64,000 nucleotides of DNA from a virus (lineage: Duplodnaviria > Caudoviricetes), in the IMG/VR virus record IMGVR_UViG_3300033121_000376, positions 1-64,000 of that record; one strand, given 5' to 3'. The notes beneath the pieces are model-generated. The model was given only the letters and a program-made list of their open reading frames with translations. It did not search any database and was not told the origin of the DNA. This document shows, piece by piece, positions 20,265 to 29,247 of the stretch. Both the position numbers and the translations under genes were made by a program. Each line of letters begins with the position of its first letter. The first letter of the stretch is position 1.

Positions 20265-21650
20265 CTAAAAATCACTGTCGCTAAACTCCACGTCGTGCAA
20301 CAGGTTTGGGTTGGTTGACATGTCGTTAAAATCAAGCGTATCTGATAGGGCGACTCTACTATCTTCCATGAGTGCTACAACAGGTTTGGGCGGATCTTGT
20401 TCGATGAATTGGCTTAAACGGTTCAGTAGTTCTGGATATTTCTTAAACCGTCTGTCGGCTTCTGCAGGCGAAATAGGAACAGTCTTGAACAGGGCTTCGT
20501 ACTTAAAACCGGATGTATTCATAGCGTGTTTAAGCTCTCTTTCTCTATCCGTCACCATGTTGGAACACCATTTTCGATTTCCTTTTCGACCGTTAACCAG
20601 TTTGTACCGACCGTCTTGTTCACCACTAATCATTCTGGCATGAAAAGCGTTTTCAATAGCTTCTATGTACAGTTTATGGCGGCTCACGAACGAGTATGCG
20701 TCTCCTAGCACATCCATAGGGATGACCTGAAGTTTTTTAACAGCCTCCGCATACGTCTCTTGGAAATCCAAGTTTGTAAAATCGCCATCCAAGTGAGATC
20801 CGACAAGCGCGTTCGTATCGGCTACAACTGAGTTCGCTAACCTCGTACAAAAAGGTTTAGCTTTGCACCATTGACAGCCTTTCTCGGATGGGTGGACATA
20901 TTCTTCCAACCAATCCTCTTTAGGCATGTTCAACAAGTTTTGTTCAGCTTCTAAGCATTTATCGTGCGCCGTCTTGACGACTTCGCAAAAACTTACAATC
21001 TCCTGCAAACCTGTTTCCCACGAGTCTATTATTTTCAAACGTGGTTGAACGATGACCATTTTGAACGTGTAGACATCTGTCAATGCAACTATAGGCGATA
21101 TGTGATCGAGAGCACCTATAGCATACAGCAGCATCTGTTTGTTTCTGAAAGCCGGTACTTTTAGAAAGCCGTACTTTAGATCGACAACAATAAGCGAACT
21201 GTAATCTCCGGACAAAATAATAGCGTCAGATGTTCCATAAGCGTCTCCGATATTGGTCATAGCTCCGAAACAGACTCTACGCTCAACGAATAGCATTCCA
21301 GACTCACTCTTTACGATGTTACGAACGTGGTCTATGTACACCTGAACAGCTTCGACCATCTCATCTGTAACTTCGAACTTCATGAGTATTTCGCTATGTT
21401 TTTTAACATCCTCCGCAAAGCACTCGTAGCCAACACCCTCTTTCGTAGAGCAAACCGCTATCCACCTATCAGCAAACTCCACCGCGTCTTTATCTCGGAT
21501 CAAACACTCCGAACCCAAAAAATGAGCTGCAGAACCCTCCATACCATACACGGTGTTCTCGTCTGGCAAGCCGTACTCCATAGTCGGCTTGCCTGAACAA
21601 GTCATCCAACCCTCAGCACCACTCGCTGAATACTTGTGATGAGTCGACAT
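20265..21650 (-). CDS. DUF2800-family Cas4-like exonuclease
   Basis: HHKYSASG...WMTC, GTSDA, VDLKYG, QMLLYAIGA, IVQPR, CQWCKAK..C. Confidence 0.88.
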   Translation of the reverse strand: MSTHHKYSASGAEGWMTCSGKPTMEYGLPDENTVYGMEGSAAHFLGSECLIRDKDAVEFADRWIAVCSTKEGVGYECFAEDVKKHSEILMKFEVTDEMVEAVQVYIDHVRNIVKSESGMLFVERRVCFGAMTNIGDAYGTSDAIILSGDYSSLIVVDLKYGFLKVPAFRNKQMLLYAIGALDHISPIVALTDVYTFKMVIVQPRLKIIDSWETGLQEIVSFCEVVKTAHDKCLEAEQNLLNMPKEDWLEEYVHPSEKGCQWCKAKPFCTRLANSVVADTNALVGSHLDGDFTNLDFQETYAEAVKKLQVIPMDVLGDAYSFVSRHKLYIEAIENAFHARMISGEQDGRYKLVNGRKGNRKWCSNMVTDRERELKHAMNTSGFKYEALFKTVPISPAEADRRFKKYPELLNRLSQFIEQDPPKPVVALMEDSRVALSDTLDFNDMSTNPNLLHDVEFSDSDF

Positions 21651-21657
21651 TTTTTAC

Positions 21658-21909
21658 CTATCGATCCGCTTCAATTTCTTTTGTCGGAAAAAAGTCTTGA
21701 GGAACCGTAATGTTAACATCGAGACGGTTTTCACCCTCTTCGTCAACTCTAACAGCGACTCTGAGAATAGCGACACCTAATAATTCAGGAGGCATTTCAA
21801 AGTAGTGTGCTGTGAGCTGCGCTAAAAATCTTGCGAAGTTTAGCTCTGCTACTCTAGGTTCTTCGGCAACGTTTTCTTTTCCAACAGTATCTAAATCGAT
21901 TGTTGTCAT
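21658..21909 (-). CDS. Hypothetical protein
   Basis: 83-aa coupled ORF. Confidence 0.55.
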   Translation of the reverse strand: MTTIDLDTVGKENVAEEPRVAELNFARFLAQLTAHYFEMPPELLGVAILRVAVRVDEEGENRLDVNITVPQDFFPTKEIEADR

Positions 21910-22448
21910 TAGAAATCATCCTCTTCATCTTCTTCAGTGCTGGCATCTGCTTCCAATTCTGCCAACCATTTAGTCAGCGTCTTGTGGATTTTGCCCCAGT
22001 GTTTTGGATCAACGTTGGACAATCTATCCGCGCCTAACTTCTTAGCCAGTTCCTTCATGTCGTCTCCGTGTGTTGTCAGAACATCTACGCATAGAGGACG
22101 GATGTGGGCGTTAAAGAAAGCCGCGTCTCTTTCACCTTCCGGTAAACCATCTTCTTCGACAGAAGGTTTTTCGGTTTTTGTCGTTTTAGCAGAAGGTTTT
22201 TCGGTTTTTGTCGTTTTAGCAGAAGGTTTTTCGGTTTTTGTCGTTTTAGCAGAAGGTTTTTCGACTTCTTCGAACTCGCCTTCTTCAATGTCGTTATCTT
22301 TCTTGTGAGTTTTTGTGGTAGACTTCGATTCCGCTTCCGCAGTTGTAACGCTACCGGCAGGTTGGTTCTTCTCAAGAACCTTACTGATCGCTACGGTCAA
22401 TGCCGAAATTACGATTGTCAGTTCTTCGATCTTGTTTTCTAAAGACAT
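21909..22448 (-). CDS. Hypothetical phage replication-module protein with low-complexity linker
   Basis: MSLENKIEELT N-terminus; EKPSAKTTKT repeats; acidic C-terminus. Confidence 0.7.
   Translation of the reverse strand: MSLENKIEELTIVISALTVAISKVLEKNQPAGSVTTAEAESKSTTKTHKKDNDIEEGEFEEVEKPSAKTTKTEKPSAKTTKTEKPSAKTTKTEKPSVEEDGLPEGERDAAFFNAHIRPLCVDVLTTHGDDMKELAKKLGADRLSNVDPKHWGKIHKTLTKWLAELEADASTEEDEEDDF
22161..22263 (-). repeat. 30-bp tandem repeat (3.4 copies) encoding EKPSAKTTKT
   Basis: agaaggtttttcggtttttgtcgttttagc at 22161, 22191, 22221, partial at 22251. Confidence 0.95.
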
Positions 22449-22504
22449 ACACGTTTCTCCAAATGATAGAAATAAGTACGAGTCTATCTCAACTCGTAGT
22501 GAAT

Positions 22505-22533
22505 ATTGTACGCCTAGTTTTAAGGCTTGTCAA
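22505..22533 (-). promoter_or_regulatory. Sigma70-type promoter for the replication operon
   Basis: Minus strand TTGACA-N17-TACAAT. Confidence 0.75.
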
Positions 22534-22537
22534 CAGC

Positions 22538-22566
22538 TTGTTTTAAAAATCGCATTGCGGTATACT
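22538..22566 (+). promoter_or_regulatory. Divergent sigma70-type promoter for the regulator/primase operon
   Basis: TTGTTT-N17-TATACT. Confidence 0.55.
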
Positions 22567-22601
22567 ATTAGCCTTGTCGTATTTTAACTTGAGGAAATAG
22601 T

Positions 22602-22886
22602 ATGTCAGAAAATGTCGGAAGCAAACTTAAACAGTGGTTAGAGGACGCCAGCGAGGAGGATTTGCTGATGTTGGAAGATAGATCGAAGACGATTCGAAAT
22701 CTCTTTTACCAATGGGTGAATGAAATAAGACAGATGTCACCTGCAAAAGCGAGTGCGGTTTCAGAGGCCATGCACTTCGTTAAGAGTTTTAACAAAGACG
22801 CTCCGGAGCCGGTAGATCGCGGGGATTTGTGCGATCTCTGTAATAGCTGCCCTCACTTTAAGGCTAGCAAGAAAGACGCTATTTAA
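22602..22886 (+). CDS. Small putative HTH (Cro-like) regulator
   Basis: RBS gaggaaa; helical pattern YQWVNEIRQMSPAKASAV; first gene after divergent promoters. Confidence 0.5.
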   Translation: MSENVGSKLKQWLEDASEEDLLMLEDRSKTIRNLFYQWVNEIRQMSPAKASAVSEAMHFVKSFNKDAPEPVDRGDLCDLCNSCPHFKASKKDAI

Positions 22887-22906
22887 AACTCACCTTTAAT
22901 CCCCTG

Positions 22907-25480
22907 GTGTCGAAAATGTCGAAATTCAACTTTCAAGATGCGTCTGATTTTCTGCGCATCCTAGACCCGATTGCCAATACTCGATCTGTTATAGACGGAT
23001 TAAAAGATGGGTTTACGTTCCAAACGTTCAACGATAGAAACAAACAGGACCGGACACTGTGCAGAGTAGTACACGGTAAGTTCAGGGATTTGTACCGAGA
23101 CTTGGCACAGCTTAACGCTAACGGTGCCGGAGTCTATGTAACGATTAACGAAACCAACGGCTTAGGTCGAAAAAAAACCGATATTATCCGTACTCGTGCA
23201 GTATGGATTGAGGATGATAACGGGGACAACGTTCCCACCCCACTGCAACCACACATTATCACTGAGACAAGTCCTAATAAATTCCACAAGTTGTTCATCG
23301 TTAAGGGGTTGACCCAAGATACGCACCAACTTTTGCAGGACATTCTAGTTCGGGATTATGGAAGCGATCCAAACGCTAGGGATATAGCGAGGGTTTTACG
23401 GTTGCCTGGATACTACCACAATAAAAATCCGTCAGAACCTTTCCTATCAAGATTACTAAGCGCCAACCGAATACCCCCATACACCCTCGATGAAGTGTTA
23501 CGGGCTTTTAATGCGGTTGTTCCAGAAGCGCCCATATATGTTTTGAATAGAAGCGCACCGGTGCCCGAAGAAGCTGAGTACGTTCCTATCACAGAGGCAG
23601 ATGCTTTTAATGACGTGCTTCCTGACATCACCCTAGAGAACTGCGTCTTGTATTTGCCTACCGACACGGATCTTCCATATAACAAGTGGCGTGACGTGGG
23701 TATGGCGCTACACCACCAATTTTCTGGCAGTGACGAAGCTTTAGCGATATTTGATTCGTGGTCTGAAGGGTTACGTGGCTACAAGGGATCTGCCGATGTC
23801 GCACACTATTGGAACTCTTTTGGGGGTGGATCAGGAAACCCAATCACTTTCCGCTATTTAATCAAGCGGTACAACTCCCTATCTCCTGCGGATAAAGCGG
23901 TTAACGCGGAGGAATTCGGAAAAAAACTACTGGCCGATTGCGTCGATTATAGGGATTTGCTGGATTCAGTCGCGCCTAAATTGAAAACCCTGTCTAAAGA
24001 CAGTAGAGCGTTGCAAATGGACTTTGTAAAACTCTTAATAGCTAGATACGCTGCGCTGCGCCCAGGTGAAAAACTCACTAAGGGAGAAGCGGAACGCGCT
24101 ATGAAGCAGCAAAGTCGTTCCCGAAGAGAAGCGCATGCCGCAGGAGACGAGATCCCTACCGACACACTAGCTAGGGTGCCGGAATGGGCTAACAATTGGT
24201 GTTGGGTATCTTGCGATGAGCGGTTTTACCACCATGTTAAAAGTATCTCGTTTTCGGAAGCCGCTTTCAATGCTCACTACAGACGTGTAGCCTCGTTGGG
24301 TGATGATTCGGTCACTAACGTAGCGGCGTATCTCAGAGATAACAACATGATTCCAATCGTGGATCAGAAACAGTATGTTCCTTGGGCTGATACCTATTTC
24401 ATCAACAATGAGAATGGTTCTTTGTGTGTTAACACTTACAACCCTGCCACTCGTATGCTAGTTCCGCCAGCCGTTGAAAATCCAAACGCGGCTCAGATAT
24501 TCAAACACCATATATCTAACGTGTGTGGCGGGTGGAATCGTGAGGCTATCTTACTGTGCAATTTTCTTAGGGACTGCACGGCGGAAAAACCTACAAAAAT
24601 TAGGTGGGCACCTCTTGTTGTTGGTCGTCCGGGTGACGGTAAGAGTTTCTTTTACATGTTTATGCGGAAAGCAATGGGTGAACCCAATGTGAAAACTCTG
24701 ACAAACAGTGTGATAACCGCTTCTACCACTTCAGGTCAAAGTGGATGGGCTGAAGGTGGATGCTTTGCATTCATCGAGGAACTTAAACTTCACGGTCACA
24801 ACCGGTTTGACGTGGCCAACGCTTTGAAACCCTACATCACTAATGACGTGGTAACGTGTCGGAAACTGTACGCGGAGACTAGAAACATCGCAAACACGCA
24901 AAATTATTTTGCAGCATCGAATTACCCTGACTGCATTCCGATTGAGAAAGGAGAACGACGGTGGTTTGTACTGTTCAACAAAATAAATGTTTCTATCGTA
25001 CCGGAGAACTATTTTCAAGCTCTTCACGATGCTTTGGAGTACGCTGGAGACATAGTAGCGTGGCTTAGAACTGTACCTAACCATCCAGATTATCAACCTG
25101 ATGGAACCGCACCAGAAACTTCTGAGAAGGGTTACATGCGTGAACTATCAAGCGACGATTGGAACGAATCAATCGGTGTGACCATTGCGAACAGTACAGA
25201 TCCCCATGTGTCGACTACTGTAGTGAGTTTCCACATTCTGCAATCAATGGTTGTTTACGACCCTCGTGGAGTTGACGACAATAAGGGATCTCTGACTACG
25301 AAGTTGAGGCATGCTTTGCTGGCGCTTGGATATGTGAAACTAGGAAGATCGACCATAAATGGTGTGTCCCATACCTTGTGGACTGTATACGCTGGAACAA
25401 GTACGTTAACCATTTTACAAGCCGTACAGGAGATATTGGAACGTTTTCAGGATGGACAAGACTATTTGGAACCAATCTGA
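22907..25480 (+). CDS. Primase-helicase (RepB/AEP-like primase, PriCT-2, C-terminal SF3/DUF5906-like helicase)
   Basis: VWIEDD, ETSPNKFH, RVLRLPGYYH; WRDVGMALH...FDSWS; Walker A GRPGDGKS; Walker B FIEE; SNYPD. Confidence 0.9.
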   Translation: MSKMSKFNFQDASDFLRILDPIANTRSVIDGLKDGFTFQTFNDRNKQDRTLCRVVHGKFRDLYRDLAQLNANGAGVYVTINETNGLGRKKTDIIRTRAVWIEDDNGDNVPTPLQPHIITETSPNKFHKLFIVKGLTQDTHQLLQDILVRDYGSDPNARDIARVLRLPGYYHNKNPSEPFLSRLLSANRIPPYTLDEVLRAFNAVVPEAPIYVLNRSAPVPEEAEYVPITEADAFNDVLPDITLENCVLYLPTDTDLPYNKWRDVGMALHHQFSGSDEALAIFDSWSEGLRGYKGSADVAHYWNSFGGGSGNPITFRYLIKRYNSLSPADKAVNAEEFGKKLLADCVDYRDLLDSVAPKLKTLSKDSRALQMDFVKLLIARYAALRPGEKLTKGEAERAMKQQSRSRREAHAAGDEIPTDTLARVPEWANNWCWVSCDERFYHHVKSISFSEAAFNAHYRRVASLGDDSVTNVAAYLRDNNMIPIVDQKQYVPWADTYFINNENGSLCVNTYNPATRMLVPPAVENPNAAQIFKHHISNVCGGWNREAILLCNFLRDCTAEKPTKIRWAPLVVGRPGDGKSFFYMFMRKAMGEPNVKTLTNSVITASTTSGQSGWAEGGCFAFIEELKLHGHNRFDVANALKPYITNDVVTCRKLYAETRNIANTQNYFAASNYPDCIPIEKGERRWFVLFNKINVSIVPENYFQALHDALEYAGDIVAWLRTVPNHPDYQPDGTAPETSEKGYMRELSSDDWNESIGVTIANSTDPHVSTTVVSFHILQSMVVYDPRGVDDNKGSLTTKLRHALLALGYVKLGRSTINGVSHTLWTVYAGTSTLTILQAVQEILERFQDGQDYLEPI

Positions 25481-25487
25481 CAGTTAT

Positions 25488-25516
25488 AAAAAAGCCCCGG
25501 TTTTTAGGCCGGGGCT
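25488..25516. terminator. Intrinsic terminator between convergent genes
   Basis: AGCCCCGG/CCGGGGCT stem; T run on the minus strand. Confidence 0.75.
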
Positions 25517-25532
25517 CAGTATCATTTACAAG

Positions 25533-25841
25533 TCATCGACAGAAAGTGTCTTGCCCTATGGTTTGGCAAATCCTGAAACTGTAGTTCGGAACGGGATCGC
25601 TATCTTCTCCTTGAAACCTGATCCTGTTTCCAGGCGTGTAAACAGTGAATCCAGCCCGTTTTGACACCTTAGACCCATCGGTTCCGTAAAAGTTCCCATT
25701 AACTTGGTGGTACGAAGAACTTTCAGAACTGTACGATCTACCCTCTACCCTACGGTATTCATCTGCGTCAGAGCTTGCTGCAAAACTTAAAAAGATAAAC
25801 ACCAACGCAACGTATCTATCTAACACTTCTCCTACATACAT
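25533..25841 (-). CDS. Hypothetical exported protein
   Basis: Signal-peptide-like N-terminus (VALVFIFLSFAASS). Confidence 0.6.
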   Translation of the reverse strand: MYVGEVLDRYVALVFIFLSFAASSDADEYRRVEGRSYSSESSSYHQVNGNFYGTDGSKVSKRAGFTVYTPGNRIRFQGEDSDPVPNYSFRICQTIGQDTFCR

Positions 25842-25860
25842 AAAAATCTCCAGAAATCTG

Positions 25861-26553
25861 TTAAAAAGTCCATTCCGCGTGAAGCATCATCTTTTCATCC
25901 ATGTGCAGCCTTCGTATCACATCCGTTTTATCTTTAGCAGGTCCGAATTTTAACAGGTACACAATCGCTATAAAGGTCGTAGAAGGGCGATCTTCCATGT
26001 CCTTGAATAACGTAGACATCTCAAATCCTTCTTGCACCATATCGCGTCTTATCTTACTGAGAAACACCCTACTTACATAGTATGACCAATAGTCTGAATC
26101 GTCTGAATTCTCAGATGCTGACTGTATAACAAGATCGCCATCGAGGAAGTGTTGGGCCGCATCTTTAACAGCGTTCCAAGTACTGCCATACTTTAGCGTG
26201 TTGGCTATAGCGATAAGTTCTACAGGCGACTCTGTACCTGCCTTTTGATGCAGGAGTTTAACCTGTTCGCGCAAACTCATGTCCTCCCACCCCACTATGT
26301 CCTCATGAGGCAACAAGCATGATTTTAAATGCGCCACAAAGGGTTTTGGGTAGTACGGGGCTATCATATCTTCCGGCACAGAAGTATCGTTTTTTCCACC
26401 TGTAGAATCCTTGAAGTTTCTTCTAACACTATCTCGAATACTGTTGATAATTGGGGCTAAGTTCTCGTCACTAGACATTAATTTGAAAAATATCTTTGCT
26501 ACCACTTCATCTATCGCTGAATCCAAAGAATCGTCGTTTACTTTTGAAAACAT
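25861..26553 (-). CDS. Hypothetical protein
   Basis: 230-aa ORF with RBS caggaga. Confidence 0.7.
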   Translation of the reverse strand: MFSKVNDDSLDSAIDEVVAKIFFKLMSSDENLAPIINSIRDSVRRNFKDSTGGKNDTSVPEDMIAPYYPKPFVAHLKSCLLPHEDIVGWEDMSLREQVKLLHQKAGTESPVELIAIANTLKYGSTWNAVKDAAQHFLDGDLVIQSASENSDDSDYWSYYVSRVFLSKIRRDMVQEGFEMSTLFKDMEDRPSTTFIAIVYLLKFGPAKDKTDVIRRLHMDEKMMLHAEWTF

Positions 26554-26653
26554 ATTTATATCTCCTGGTTATTGTTAAATTTTAAAGTTGACTTGCTCAG
26601 GAAAAAGAGTAAGTCGAGTGGTTTAATCCAGCCGCCTTGGTTAAACACTGTCC

Positions 26654-28129
26654 TTAACGTCTACTGGTAACAGCCTTATCAACCCTCTCACGAACATCCG
26701 TGAAAGTTTGTTCGTTTCTAAGCTCGCCGTTTAGAAAAACAGTCTGCAAACAGCCGTGTCGCTCCTGATCTGCCGACACCTCCTGAACTAACTCGTAGGT
26801 GTTTCCTATTCTCGACACCATAAGATAACCTTTAGCCGATTTCTTAACGGTCTTCGAGGTCACTGGATCTTTGTATATCGGTACTGATTTTCCGTTTATG
26901 ACCGCATGTGTGCTCTTAACAGCTATCCCGTGAACATCTCTGGTTACATACTGATATGTGTAAGAGCCTATGCCAAACACTACGTTGTTAGTCGCAAACC
27001 CACTGTCGTGTAGTTTTCTGAGTATGGCTTCGGCTCTTTCATAAGTTATGGAATCTCCATAAACGACACCCAAATGTGGATCTAACTCCTTAAAACCGTA
27101 TGCGTTTCTAACATACCCAAACTCAATGGCTAAAGTCGCCACTAAACCTTTCTGTATGTGCCACGGGTCTTCATGTCGCCCTGTTCCCGCAATTATATCC
27201 ACAGGATCTCCAGAATCAGGTCGAATCACAAGCTTGCCGTTACGATTCATGATGACATCCCGTAGTTTTGGAAGAATTTTCGTAACTGTGTGCCAAAAAT
27301 CCCATGTATCCGACACTATTGACACCGGTCCTTCAGGATACACATTTGTAAGCAGGTGCCTCAAAAAAGCTTCTTCATCCTCCCTGCCACCGCAAGACAT
27401 CACTGAGTGTTCACTGGCTGGAATTGACGTACCTATTTCGGTATCTTCGCAACGGGCTTTGTAATAGTCCTCTGCCAAATCTATCGCAGGGATGTTGTCC
27501 GTACCTCTACATCCTGCCGCCAACACCGCAAAACCGGATATGGCTGCGGCTTTTCTTCCAGCCATCCCACGGAATGAGAAGTCGTGACCTTGATAGGGTA
27601 CGAACTGAATTCCGCAAGTTAAGGTTGCATACTTCAAAAACAATTCGCGAAATGCAAAGTACGTCGTTGCAGATGTTATAGGAAGCCACAGCTCGTTACT
27701 AAGCACACACTCTAACATGTTCGTAACCCAATAGAACTCAGGAAGCGTGTTCTTTATAGTCATGAAGGGAACGCCATAAGGAACGAAAGCCCCTTCTGGA
27801 AGTGCCTTAATATTGACCGGTAGATAGCCTAAATCGTGAAGAGCTTCTATATGTGATATGTCTACACTTGTACCTAATATCGCGTCAACACGACGTTTGT
27901 ACTTGCCACAAACCTCACTCTTTTTCTGATTAAAGAACGTCGTGTTCCAGTCTCGTATCAAGTAGTCAAGAATAACGTACTGCAATCCGACAAATATAAC
28001 TCCTCCAATGTTAGGGTTTGCCAACGCTCCACTTCTGGCAGTCATGTTGGAGTATATTTCAGTGGTTCCTTCGGGATATTGAAATACATGCCCAACTTTA
28101 TAAACGTCTTTTTGATGTAGTGCGCTCAA
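26654..28129 (-). CDS. nadV: Nicotinamide phosphoribosyltransferase-like protein (Nampt/Namat)
   Basis: DVYKVGH..QYP, HDFSFRG, GTDN, PASEHSVM, SIVSDTWD, IRPDSGDP, YGDSIT, FGIGSYTYQ, KDPVT...KKSAKG. Confidence 0.92.
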   Translation of the reverse strand: MSALHQKDVYKVGHVFQYPEGTTEIYSNMTARSGALANPNIGGVIFVGLQYVILDYLIRDWNTTFFNQKKSEVCGKYKRRVDAILGTSVDISHIEALHDLGYLPVNIKALPEGAFVPYGVPFMTIKNTLPEFYWVTNMLECVLSNELWLPITSATTYFAFRELFLKYATLTCGIQFVPYQGHDFSFRGMAGRKAAAISGFAVLAAGCRGTDNIPAIDLAEDYYKARCEDTEIGTSIPASEHSVMSCGGREDEEAFLRHLLTNVYPEGPVSIVSDTWDFWHTVTKILPKLRDVIMNRNGKLVIRPDSGDPVDIIAGTGRHEDPWHIQKGLVATLAIEFGYVRNAYGFKELDPHLGVVYGDSITYERAEAILRKLHDSGFATNNVVFGIGSYTYQYVTRDVHGIAVKSTHAVINGKSVPIYKDPVTSKTVKKSAKGYLMVSRIGNTYELVQEVSADQERHGCLQTVFLNGELRNEQTFTDVRERVDKAVTSRR

Positions 28130-28974
28130 TATACACCTCCAAAATAGTGAAATCTGAAAATGACTACTCGACCATCGTCTTTCGGCTCTATTGAATCGGT
28201 TGTTAAAACCTGATCACAACCTGTCGCCTCAACCCCCCTCGAAAGGATTCCGTGTGTCACAAACAGAATAACCTTGTGCGCACCCGCTCTCCTCAACGTG
28301 TCTGACACGGCTTTAAACGTAGCACCTCCGTCACAGATGTCGTCAACGATTAAGCACGTTTTACCCCGAAGTGAACCGAGTGGGCTTACCGGCGCAATCT
28401 CTGTAATATTTCCAGTTTTAGGACAGCGAACTTTAGCAAAGTTCAAAGTTCCACTATAAGGATTGCGGAAAAGATTCAATTCTGTAGCGCATTTCAGCAG
28501 TGTTTCAACTCTATCCACTGCCCCTTCATCCGGGCATACTATGTGATCGAGTTCCGGTATCCGCGTTAAAATAGAGCTTGCAAAGTACGCGGTAGAAAGC
28601 ACCACCAAGTTGTTAATAAGCTTTTCCGCCACTTTAGAGTGCGGATCTGCCACTTTAACCGCTGTGTAGTTCTGAGCATTCAGCATATCGGCAAAGACCT
28701 TAAGACTGAATGCGTCTCCAGGCGCACACTCTCTATCCTGTCTCGCATACGGCAAGTAAGGACAAGTAAGGCTTATCAACGAAGCCCCACGGTTACGCAG
28801 TGCATCGGTTAAAAGAAACAGTTTCATAACCTCGTTGGACGAGTCGAGTCTGGCAAAAATACTCACTGTTTTGGAAACTACCGGATCATTCAGGTTCACA
28901 TGTACTTCACCTCCTGAAAAGATGAGCTCTTTGTAAGTTATTCGGTTCTTACGTTCATCAAAAATCACTATCAT
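28126..28974 (-). CDS. prs: PRPP synthetase-like protein (Prs/Adps)
   Basis: FSGGEVHV, PYLPYARQDR, DPHS, VCPDEGA, IVDDICDGGATF, VTHG. Confidence 0.9.
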   Translation of the reverse strand: MIVIFDERKNRITYKELIFSGGEVHVNLNDPVVSKTVSIFARLDSSNEVMKLFLLTDALRNRGASLISLTCPYLPYARQDRECAPGDAFSLKVFADMLNAQNYTAVKVADPHSKVAEKLINNLVVLSTAYFASSILTRIPELDHIVCPDEGAVDRVETLLKCATELNLFRNPYSGTLNFAKVRCPKTGNITEIAPVSPLGSLRGKTCLIVDDICDGGATFKAVSDTLRRAGAHKVILFVTHGILSRGVEATGCDQVLTTDSIEPKDDGRVVIFRFHYFGGVY

Positions 28975-28986
28975 TGTGGATCTCCT

Positions 28987-29211
28987 TTATTTTCGTTTCA
29001 CAGTGTCTCGCTCCAACTGCTCTTGGCAGTGCATACAACGAGTGACACCTTTTATGGCTGCTCTTTCGGGCGGTATCTCTTCGGCGCAATCTTTACAAAT
29101 CACCGTTCCCGTGAAATCTTTACGTTGCTCAATGTTTTCGTAAAACTTCATGGTTGCGCGTTCTATAGCTTGCTCCAGTTCTTTTGTCGCTAAATCAACT
29201 TCATCGACCAT
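28987..29211 (-). CDS. TraR/DksA C4-type zinc-finger protein
   Basis: MVDEVDLA...CKDCAEEIPPER...TRCMHCQEQLE. Confidence 0.88.
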   Translation of the reverse strand: MVDEVDLATKELEQAIERATMKFYENIEQRKDFTGTVICKDCAEEIPPERAAIKGVTRCMHCQEQLERDTVKRK

Positions 29212-29247
29212 GTTAAAAATCTCCAGGTTAAAAAAGTCGGTATTCTA

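Noticed and set aside
20265-21650. Cas4 as a spacer-acquisition enzyme for the array
   Set aside because: DUF2800 nucleases are routine members of this SSB/polymerase module and lie 8 kb away; nothing in the sequence links them to the array.
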